A DNA stretch of 64,000 nucleotides from Spongospora subterranea f. sp. subterranea (taxonomy: Eukaryota), in contig JAUGWO010000031.1 of assembly GCA_049724395.1 (NCBI GenBank), positions 1 to 64,000 of the forward strand. The letters are read 5' to 3'. The stretch's first letter is position 1. Every line of letters begins with the position of its first letter. The translations under genes were made by a program, and so were the position numbers. Positions 11,144 to 21,300 of this stretch are shown piece by piece. The notes below the pieces were generated by a model. It saw only the letters and a list, made by a program, of their open reading frames with translations. It was not told the DNA's origin and ran no database searches.

Positions 11144-12707
11144 GTGAGATACCTCATCATGGTTTACACCATTCTCATTCCAATGACTATCATGAATATG
11201 GGAAACGATGATCAAGTGTCCATCACCAATGAACACGACGTGGCGCTTCAGCTGGTAAATATCTTAAGCGAAGCAAGCGCGAATCGGGCGACCAACCTGA
11301 CGGAGGAACAAAGACGCTCAATATACGAGAAAGTGCTGACAAGGCTAAAAGGCAACGGCCAACCAAGAAAGGGGGCATTCACGAAATCGCCGCTGAATGT
11401 AATGTTCACTTTCGAACTGTAGCTCGAATTTGGAAAAGAGGGCGCGAATCGCTGGACAATGGAAATACCTGTGCCAATATATCATCACGGAAACGAGGCG
11501 CATGTGGACGAAAAACAAAACAGATCGACTTTGCCAGCAAAATACAGGCTGTTCCGTTCAACAAACGAGCAATTCTGAGAAGCTTTTCCTTTTCCACTGG
11601 AATCCCGAAGACAGCGCTTATAAGAAGGCTGAAATCAGGTGAACTCAGGCGACACTCGAATGCGATCAAGCCAACTATTACAGAAAAAAACAAAATCGAG
11701 CGAGTCGCATTTTGCTTGTCAATGATCAGTCCAGAAAGTAATAACGGATCGCCTACCTTCCAGGACATGATGGACACAGTTCATATTGATGAAAAATGGT
11801 GTTATCTAACAAAGGTTAACCGCACAATTTATATGACCTCAGAAGAACCAGTCCCACTAAGAACCTGTAAAAGCAAGACATATATCGAAAAAGTAATGTT
11901 CTTAGCAACGGTTGCGCGACCGAGGTGTGACAGCAGTGGGGGAACTCGGAGCTTTGATGGCAAACTGGAAATTTGGCCATTCATAACCCAAGAACCAGCA
12001 CAAAGGGCCAGTAGAAATCGTGAAAAGGGCACGCTGGTGGCAAAGCCGATAGTGGTTGGCAAAACGGAATACCTGGAAATGCTACTCTCTAAAGTCCTTC
12101 CGGCAATATGGTAAACGTGGCCCAGCTGGGATGCCCACAAAACCCTGTACATACAACAAGACAACGCAAGACCACATATCAAACCTGACAACAAGACTTT
12201 TATAACCGAGGCAAAAAAGCGAGGATTCGATACCCGATTGAGATGCCAGCCACCGAACAGCCCGGATCTCAACGTGTTGGACCTAGGATATTTCAACGCT
12301 ATCCAATCGTTGCAATACCAGGAAGGCCCTAAGAGCATAGACGAACTGATCGTAAACGTTGAGCAAACATACACCAGGCTAAGCTACAACAAGCTAAACC
12401 GAGTTTTTCTCAGCTTACAACAATGTATGATAAGCTGTATAACGTTCGACGAAACCAATAATTATCAGCTGGGACATATGGCAAAGGAAAAGCTGGAGCG
12501 TGAGCGAATCCTTCCACTAGTCCTCGAAATTGATATAGGAATAGTTCAGCGCGCCCGCTACCCTATTTGTAAATAAAGTCGCCAACGCGCTGTTTGTTCA
12601 CTATAATTTGATACTTACATCGGCGCCGATCACTCAAATCCAAACAACGCCCATTGTGTGAGCGCCTTGATACGGTAGGTAGCAGTTAATTCGGACCAGA
12701 GGGAGTA
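11144..12707 (+). mobile_element. DD39D mariner element: transposase pseudogene plus right TIR and TA
   Basis: Motifs VHIDEKW, KVMFLATVARPR, IQQDNARPH and QPPNSPDLNVLDLGYF, with 39 residues counted between the second and third Asp. There is an in-frame TAA at 12112 and a frameshift near 11390. It ends CAGTTAATTCGGACCAGAGGGAG|TA. Confidence 0.9.
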
Positions 12708-12768
12708 CTGTATTAATTATAGAGGTCCGTACATTTGTCAACCGCTTCTACCTACCTCCTGACACAAC

Positions 12769-13550
12769 ATGCCAGGCAAGATCTAGCGTGCTTCTTGAGA
12801 CGCTGCAAAGGACGAGATCTGGCTACGTGAGATGATTCGACAGGTCAACGTTTTGGGAAAAAGAGCAGAGTCTGGCTCCAAAAAAGAGGCCTGGGACGCC
12901 GCCCTCAAGGTGCTGGCAGGGCAAGGAGCGGTATATACGCGTAGCCAATTAAAGTCTCGTGGCGCAATCGTAAGCGTCCTATATATCGTTGACGGGCACT
13001 GATGTGGGTTCAGTTGAAAAAGAAATACGACATAGTGTCTACGCTGAAGTCTTTGTCCGGATTTGGCTTGGACGATGTACTTAGCAAAGCGTTGGCCCCC
13101 GACGATGTTTGGGAAGATTATATTGCTGTAAGTTCCATAGTTTCCAGATTTGCTGACATTGCTGATATCTTTTGCCTGTGCAAGGCGCATCCTGATGCAA
13201 AAGAGTTTCGACACACAGGGCTTCCTCTGTTCAATCTTTTGGAGGAATTGTTCTCTGGAACTTTGGCAACGGGCCAACACTCGACTGGAGAGCTGGGCCT
13301 GTCGGAAGGTTTTTTCCCGACGGCCAACAATTTTAAAAGACCTGAAGTTTTGGATAATACATCGGACGAGAGCTCCGAACAAGAATCTTTTGTTCGGAAG
13401 CCCCGAAAAATATTTCGTTCATCCGAATCCTCAATTACCCCTCTAAAGAAGCGTGTTCATAAGACGCGCCAGGCGAACTGTTCCTCGACGGAACGGAAAA
13501 GGCAAACGGGGGCCAATGTCCTTGCTGAATCAATCGATGCAATGACTAAT
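12769..13550 (+). pseudogene. Harbinger family 2 Myb/SANT gene, copy 1 (3'-truncated, nonsense codons)
   Basis: KKEAW..QLKKKYDIV..LSGFG..APDDVWEDYI..HPDAKEFR..LFSGTLATG. TAG at codon 6 and TGA at codon 10. Confidence 0.8.
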
Positions 13551-14070
13551 CTGAAACCAGAAAACATCAGAGTTCGGGTCAGATCGATTCTCATATTGTT
13601 CGAACCTGAAAACGGTTTCGCCTGAGTGCTGGAACTGTTCCTGGATATTGCGGCTAAACGCCCGTTGGCCGGCGAAGAATAAAAACATCGCAAGCTGCTC
13701 TTCAACTTGAATGGATCTAGAATCTTCAAGACCAAGAAGGCGAAGACATTCCACAAGCCTTGAAAATGGTTAATGGCATGCGGAACATATTGTTGATACG
13801 GTGGACATTCCCGTTCATTATCTCTTCCACCCATCGTTGGCCGCTTCGAATGGATGTGTGATAAGGGATCTTGTTTAGGAACCGGGACGCGTACCATTGA
13901 GCGCAAACCAAAAAAACTAGTTGCTGGCGTCGGCGAATTAACAAACGGCGTGATGAGGTTCTCCCCGATAAGTCCAATATCATGATATTCCTATATTGCA
14001 ATATTCAAGTTGAAAAATCACGTTTACGGAATATTGCGATAATTTATTGCGGTGACATCCAAACGGGCCC
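13550..14070 (-). mobile_element. Harbinger family 2 left end: TIR plus transposase exon 1 and intron, then deleted
   Basis: The TIR reads GGGCCCGTTTGGATGTCAC on the minus strand (14070-14052). Translation gives KIPYHTSIRSGQRWVEE..FRM..VEEQLAMFL..FQHSGETV. Confidence 0.85.
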
Positions 14071-14073
14071 TTC

Positions 14074-14991
14074 CACGCTTCTTTGGAGGGGTGATTGAGG
14101 ATTCGGATGAACGAAATATTTTTCGGGGCTTCCGAAACAAAAGATTCTTGTTCGGAGCTCTCGTCCGATGTATTATCCAAAACTTCAGGTCTTTTAAAAT
14201 TGTTGGCCGTCGGGAAAAAACCTTCCGACAGGCCCAGCTCTCCAGTCGAGTGTTGGCCCGTTGCCAAAGTTCCAGAGAACAATTCCTCCAAAAGATTGAA
14301 CAGAGGAAGCCCTGTGTGTCGAAACTCTTTTGCATCAGGGTTCGCCTTGCACAGGCAAAAGATATCAGCAATGTCAGCAAATCTGGAAACTATGGAACTT
14401 ACAGCAATATAATCTTCCCAAACATCGTCGGGGGCCAACGCTTTGCTAAGTACATCGTCCAAGCCAAATCCGGACAAAGACTTCAACATAGACACTATGT
14501 CGTATTTCTTTTTCAACTGAACCCACATCAGTGCCCGTCAACGATATATAGGATGCTTACGATTGCGCCACGAGACTTTAATTGGCTACGCGTATATACC
14601 GCTCCTTGCCCTGCCAGCACCTTGAGGGCGGCGTCCCAGGCCTCTTTTTTGAAGCCAGACTCTGCTCTTTTTCCCAAAACGTTGACCTGTCGAATCATCT
14701 CACGTAGCCAGAGCTCGTCCTGTGCAGCGTCCCAAGAAGCTCGCTAGATCTTGCCTGGCATGTTGTGTCAGGAGGTATGTAGGAGCGGTTGGCAAATGTC
14801 CACGGACCACCAATAATGTGAACATATACAGGTACGGACCTCCATTATATTTGCCCCAATACTGTATCGCGATATGTTATAGAGGTGAAAATGGCAGCCA
14901 AACGCTGCGCAATATCTGTTTATTGCAATATTCAACTTATCACGATATTATCATGATATTTCCACGCAATATTTGGCTTCCAAACGCGCCC
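14074..14991 (-). mobile_element. Harbinger family 2 right end: TIR, subterminal repeats and Myb/SANT pseudogene copy 2 (ATG at 14761)
   Basis: TGGCTTCCAAACGCGCCC|TTA at 14974-14994. Inverted copy of about 12720-13455 with scattered substitutions. Confidence 0.85.
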
Positions 14992-15021
14992 TTATGAGTC
15001 TATGACCTGCGATGCATGGCA

Positions 15022-15079
15022 AATCGGTCATGATCTTCGGTTCCCAATCTAATCGGTCATGATCTTCGGTTCCCAATCT
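15022..15079. repeat. 29-bp tandem duplication
   Basis: AATCGGTCATGATCTTCGGTTCCCAATCT occurs twice. Confidence 0.9.
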
Positions 15080-15081
15080 AT

Positions 15082-15614
15082 ATTCAACAGGACAAAGCAA
15101 GACCACGTATCAACAGCAATGACCCGACATTCGTTGAACCAGCTGCAGCCTTACACGATTATCAATTAGATATGGCCTTGAGGTTTCAACCCGCAAACAG
15201 CCCAGGTTTCAGTGTCCTTGATTTTGGATTTTTCGGCGATTCAATCTTTGCAGCATCAAAAAGCACCAGGGAAATATCGATGAAATGATATCTGCGGTTG
15301 GCAGGATTTCAACAATATCGGTACAATTCTTTAATGCAGTTTTCATTGCTTTACAGAATTGCATGATCGAAGTCATTTGAAAAGATGGCGGCAACAACTA
15401 TAAATCCCGCATCCTGGAAAGAAAAAACTTCAAACAATGGGTCAACTTCCGAAGCCTACGAAAAACGTGTGATAGATCAGGCGTTGCGATGTGGGAAGAC
15501 CAACTTTACTGCTCGTAACGAATAAAGTAAAGGGGGTAAACATATGCGACAAGGAATTTTGAATAGGTATTTTTGAAATCCCATATCCGACAGTTAAAAA
15601 AAACGGAGGAAGTA
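15082..15614 (+). mobile_element. Degraded DD39D mariner 3' half with right TIR
   Basis: IQQDKARP..FQPANSPGFSVLDFGFF..IQSLQHQKAP..LQNCMIEVI..GGNNYK. It ends GACAGTTAAAAAAAACGGAGGAAG|TA. Confidence 0.75.
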
Positions 15615-15961
15615 CATTAATTTCGGGAGGGACATTCGCAACAACACCCCTTGAATCGTTGTCGAGAAGGCTCTCGTCTAGTTGACAGCAGCTGATAGTA
15701 CCGCCAAATCAAGCTTCTTGAGATCTCTCGACTGGTATGCCAAGGCATGCCCCTATAGGGGGGGGGGTCTCTCTGATCTGCTGCGTAAAGCCACGGCAAT
15801 GCCGCTGCGGCAATTTCACGATTGACCTGACCCTAAAACGTCATTCTCTCTACTATTTTCATTTTAAGGACAAATCTTCATTCAATATATATTTGAATAG
15901 TATGCAATAGTTGGTCTTTTGGGTTCCGTATTTGACAGGAGTTCTATTTCTGTACTCTTCA

Positions 15962-17810
15962 ATGCTGCATAAACCTCACCAAGTAATCCGCTCAAGCAGC
16001 GTCTGTCAGGACGGGGAGGAGAGCGCAACAGCACTCTGGAAGGGGCACCGCCTTTTTTATGCTGGGTCGTACTTGTTGAACCGCTGGAAGATTTTCCTTA
16101 TTTTGTTGCTGGCCTACGATGCCTTTGTAATACCATATCAATGGGCATTCACGTATCATGAAGCCCATCCAACGGCGATGTTGATCGGATCGTTCATCGA
16201 CTTCGCATTCGCACTGGATATCCTCGTTCAATTCAACACAGTTCATGTGCGAAACAATGTCTGGATTACAAACCGTAAACAGATCGCTAACATATACGGC
16301 CGTTCGTGGCTCATTGTCGACATAATCTCTGCAATACCATATGAACTGGTCAGGCATGTCCCGTTTCGCTGGATTAAGATAGTTCGCCTGTTTGGTCTGC
16401 TTCGAGTAGTTCGATACTCGCGAATTGCCCATTCCATTCACACAAGCTTTTCCGTCTCCACCAGCGTATATCGCATTCTCAAATTTGGTTCGTCAGTTGT
16501 CTGATCTATGATGGGTTCTCTGAATATGGATCAGGAGTGATGTTTGTGGTTGGATCCCATTGGTGTGCTTGCGTATTTTACACCCTCAATGCGGGTTCCC
16601 CAGAGTGGATTGAACAGTCAGGGTTGTCGGGCGCGCCTCCATCACATCACTTTATTGCTGCATTGCAATGGTCTTTGAGCACTATCATACCGATCGGGTC
16701 TGTGTAATCGTCATTGATGCCGCGTTTCCGTTATTGACAGGGGTGCTTCGCAGATATTGTCGCATCAAAGCTGACTCGTGTTCCTCACGAATTTTCAGTG
16801 TATTTGTTATGGTAATTCATAGTATGTGAGCTATCACGATTTTACAGCTCAAAATGTACCAGGCGTTTGGTGTGTCAATTTTTACATTTGCGATTACCAA
16901 GGTTGTCGGTCTTGTACATCAATTATCCGATGTTGATGTACAGCAGTTTGAAGCTAACATGGATCGTGTGGAAGCAATTCTGGACTTCGAAAAAGTGCCA
17001 GGAGACCTTCGCCGGAAAATCGCCCATTTCTTCAGGTTTAGCTATAAGTCAACGGCACCAGCCACCTGTGCTGAAGAAGCCTTAATTCAAAGCTTATCGA
17101 GGCAGCTTCGTAATGACGTGATAAATGCTATCAATGTTCATCAGATCAGCGATACATTTGTAGTGGACTGTGTGCTCTCAATGAAGGTGCTGTGTTTCCC
17201 GCCAAACGAGCACCTGTTTGATTTGACCCGAGGATGCATCTGCGTCGTTGTCAAAGGTTCTTTATGGTACGATAACCAACTAATCGGTCCTACTGCTCAA
17301 TTCGGAACTCTGTCTTGTTCGGCAAAAGTCGCTGATCACGGAATTCCTATAACCCGAACATGGTGTCAGATCAGCGTGCTGAGGAGGGACGATCTTCTTC
17401 CTATATTAGTCAAGCATAAAGAAGTACAGCGCCGTCTGGTCGGTAGTAGTTCATTGCAGCTAAGACAGTCAACGGAATCACCTGATAAGGCTGCATGGGT
17501 TACGGAAACGGTTAATCTGCTAACACGAGATCAGGCAAAATCATTGCTGTTGACAGTTAATGCCCTGAACAGACGATTGCAATACGAGGAGAGGTTAATC
17601 CGAGGAGTTGACAGAGCTTTCGGGCCAGATATATCGGGACGGTCGGTCCGATCTTCGTCAGGATCGCCTATAATACGCGCCACCCTGTCTGTAGATATGT
17701 TCAAGACGCCAAGTCTCATGGCAAAGCCCTCCCCGGAATTTTTCGAGCCGGATTCATCGAATGGATCATCACCGTCATGGCCATCAACGCCGCCATTTGA
17801 ACTTAGATAG
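15962..17810 (+). CDS. Cyclic-nucleotide-binding-domain cation channel (EAG/HCN/CNG-like), spliced
   Basis: S1-S4 pattern (WKIF..YDAFVIPY..DILVQFNT..WLIVDIISAIPYE..RLFGLLRVVR), HWCAC, a C-linker (VPGDLRRKIAHFF..LSRQLRNDV) and a degenerate CNBD. Confidence 0.8.
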
Positions 17811-17847
17811 AGAACATTATATAAACTGTTTATTTAATTGATCCGCC

Positions 17848-18751
17848 CTAGCCGGCAGTGTGTTGCAGACTATGATGCAATCCCCCATCACTCCTGGGTT
17901 GATTTTGATTGGCGATGCCCTGCTTGCATATCGGGCATGTTAATTTAGGGTCGGCCATTTGGCTGCCTCTTAAGCAATAATAAACAGAAAGTGTGCCCAC
18001 AGGAAGCCACACTGGGGACACAGATCGGATCACGACGGCAACAGATAGCACAATAAATACCATCTTGCTGAAGATACGACTGAGATGATCCGATTAGTCG
18101 CCGAAGCATTGCTTGGAGTTTGTGAGTGTTCAATAGCGGGACTATGAACAACAAAAAATCGGAAGCGCCCGCCCATATCAACTCTTGATTCATGAAATCG
18201 AAAGTGATCTGCCTATTGACTCTTGATTGACGATATTGGTATGTTATCCCGGCGACACGTTCAGTCACGGTGCGATACGCCGACCCGTATAAAAAGGCGA
18301 CCAGATTAGCGAGTTTAACCGAACCCGCGACCCCTAGAAGTATTCTGTAGGGTTGAAGATGAAGATATCGCCTGAATCTCAAAAATAAATATGGTATTAC
18401 TATTTGAGCGACCGAAAACAGCGACAGTGAGCGAATCGAGCAAGGGTTGGGCTTGAGGTTCTGCAAAACTTGACCAGGTGACGGAACACCAGACCACAGT
18501 GTCATGAAAAACACACACGAAGCGATAATGCAGCGAAGCTCCGGTGTGAAAGCATCAACGAATTTGAAGGGTAATAAAAGCGACATTGAAGCCCAGATGT
18601 GCGACGCACACTCTGAGTCTAACTGTAAAGCATCGAGTTGATTAACTCGATTTATTCGCGTTGCGGGTGAAGATACGTCTGCTTTCCTAGATGAAAGTGC
18701 CCCCCATTTTGCAGCCGCTTCTAAAGCTCGTGACACCGATTCGGGATCCAT
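17848..18751 (-). CDS. PEX2: Peroxin 2, RING peroxisomal membrane protein (1-nt frameshift near 17982)
   Basis: RVNQLDALQLDSE, SPGQVLQNL, NLVAFLYGSAYRTVTERV, RQITFDFMNQELIW; RING CAIC..CGHTFC(YYC)..CPIC. Confidence 0.9.
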
Positions 18752-19374
18752 TAAGGGTGTGATAATCCGTCCGCCATTGAGGTCTCATTAGCCATGTGAC
18801 GTGAGGACGTCATGAGTCATGACAGGCAGTTTACATACATTATACTGTACTGTAAACATATCTCGCCACTGGACAGGTTTGGCGTGGATTTATCAAACGA
18901 TTCGAATTGCAATGGACTGCTTGGCAATTTGCTTTTATTTTAGCTATGATGTAGCCGTGAAATAAGGACGAAACCTGCTGGATTCAGAATCAAGTTTCCG
19001 AAGCTGTAGATCGATGAGATCAAGGTGCTTACATTTAGTAGACAGAATAAGGTGACTGTAATATGGAGTACACGATACAGGTTCATATCGTCGGTGATTG
19101 GGACAGCGCACCGGTCTGAAAAATCACTCAAATCACTGAAACGTGAATCGCAAGGCGCAACTGGCTCAAGTGGCGCAGTATTTAATAATAGGTCTTGATG
19201 AGTAATTGCCTATTCCGGTTCATAGCCCATAGGCCATAGCCTATAACACCTATCTATACCAATACAGCTCCGACAATATCGCCCATATTGTCGGGTTTAC
19301 CAGGTAGGTTGATTGGACGGCATCGAGCACGGCTGTTTCTCGGACAAGGCGCTCAACTTCGTCAGTGACACATA

Positions 19375-20078
19375 ATGGCACTAGAAGGCAACGAACATCC
19401 CGCTGCTGACGATGCGAAACCGGCTGCAGCGCTGCGCAGCCTAGCAAAACGGGTATTGGGTCCCGATTGTGGACATCAATTGCTGGAAAGCTGTGTACGA
19501 CGGCCGGCTAATCCGGTGAACCGGACGTTAAAGCCTAAAAAGAAGAGAGATCCTAATCGAGTAAAGAAAGCGCCTTCAGCATTTCTTCTTTTCTCTCAAG
19601 CAATGAGGCCCATTCTCAAAGAACAGAATCCAGGCCTTTCATTCGGTACGTGAACATGATGACCCATTACATCCGTTTATCTGATTCATCATCCGTTTTA
19701 GGGGATATGGGACGCTTACTTGGCCAAGTTTGGAAGGCTGCAAGTATAGATGAACGAGTTCCCTTTCAGAAAACAGAAGTGCAGCGTACTGTGCAGCAAA
19801 GTTCCGAAGTAGCTGCTGCCGCCATTGTCAGCAATGCTGCCGGGGGACGGCCTGTTCCAGATATTTTCAACTCACTAAGAGGCGTGGTTGTAATGCCTGT
19901 CAAGAGCTGCAGTCTAGAAACGCCCCCTTCAGATAATCTCAATGTAGATATTCCAGATAACCTAGGAATTCCCACATCATTTAAAATGTTTGGCGATGAC
20001 CAATATGAGCGGCCATTCGTCAGGTCTCCAACCTTTGAGTTTTTTGAGACCGAGGGCGACTCCGTGTTCTTCGACTGA
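19375..20078 (+). CDS. HMG-box protein (one intron, about 19646-19701)
   Basis: KKRDPNRVKKAPSAFLLFSQAMRPILKEQNPGLSFG|DMGRLLGQVWK. Confidence 0.85.
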
Positions 20079-20339
20079 TGATGTCAGACGCTGTGTCATT
20101 GTCCTCGCTTCGACATTATAATATATATCCTCTATGTACAAATTTATCGATGGAGTTTGCGATATCTTAAATGTAGTATTGCATTTGATAATACAGCCTT
20201 AGGTAAACACCGAGTGTATGCGAGTTGGTTATTTTTTGCAGAAATACGTGCCATCTGATCTCCTTTTTCTGATCGCCAAATCACGCCAGTAGAAATAGTT
20301 AACGAAGCAAAATGTTGACGTTGTTGGCAGCATGATATC

Positions 20340-21300
20340 ATGATGACGGGCAGTCATAATATTATTGACAGTTTGGCGCCATCTCTAATGGGGAGCAATA
20401 TGTCAACAACAACGATGGCTCAGTATGCGGCTAATGAGTTTAATCGTGTGAAATCCGATGCAAGTCGACACTTCCTGGTCAACAGAACCGCAAATGTTGA
20501 GATGTTGACATTTATAGAGTGTTGATTTAGGTGATAAGTGAGGTTGTCCAGATTATACCCCCTCACGCCATCAAGATGACTATCAATCACCTTGGCACAC
20601 TGTTTGCCCTTGACCCCGAGCTCAATGGTTCATCGTTTTGGCTCGCGATCAATTGTCCCATTCACAGCACATATATTTTAATAGGGGAATTTCGTCTAGA
20701 GAACACAAATGATTTCTTGGACACATGCAAACAACGGCAGCAAATATATCAAGCTCAGGACATGGAATCCCATCTTCTAGCTTATTTTTCAATACAGCTA
20801 TGGGCAAATACTGTAGAGAATGACCCAAAGGTTAAAACGCACATATTAAGGGTTGTGCCTTTCCTAACATATCATAATATGATCAGATATTTGCAGATTG
20901 GATCATCTCCATGATTAAATGCAACAGCCGGTATATTGTTTTAGAAGGCGCCGCGAATCATATCGATTCCGGATTCGTCCACAGCGATCATCTCGAGCCT
21001 GTCCTTCGTCTTCTTGCGGTGATGCCCAATAGGTATGATGAAGCTGTCACTGATCTTCGAAAAAAAAGCACAGAAACGGTAAGAGAATGTTGATTGGGAT
21101 AGTGTTTTTTGACGGCTTTGATGTTTTTTTGGCAGAATCCAAACATAAATCCTGATTTAATTTGTTATCAGCATATTCATGGGTTTGCCTGCGATTTTAT
21201 ACAAGGATTCTTAAAGTTGATGCATGAAATCGGGTATACACAAGATATGATCACGGAAGACGATCTGACCGAGTTAAGACCTGAGAGGTGGATTAAATAA
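20340..21300 (+). CDS. Orphan multi-exon protein of unknown function
   Basis: Successive plus-strand ORFs can be joined through GT..AG introns of about 50 nt. No recognised domain. Confidence 0.45.

Noticed and set aside
12783..14747. 199-aa and 231-aa ORFs (12783-, 14052+)
   Set aside because: They are antisense shadows of the Myb genes.
1..15614. Fanzor/TnpB cargo in the DNA transposons
   Set aside because: No RuvC or zinc-finger pattern is seen. The accessory ORFs are Myb/SANT genes or the transposase N-terminus.
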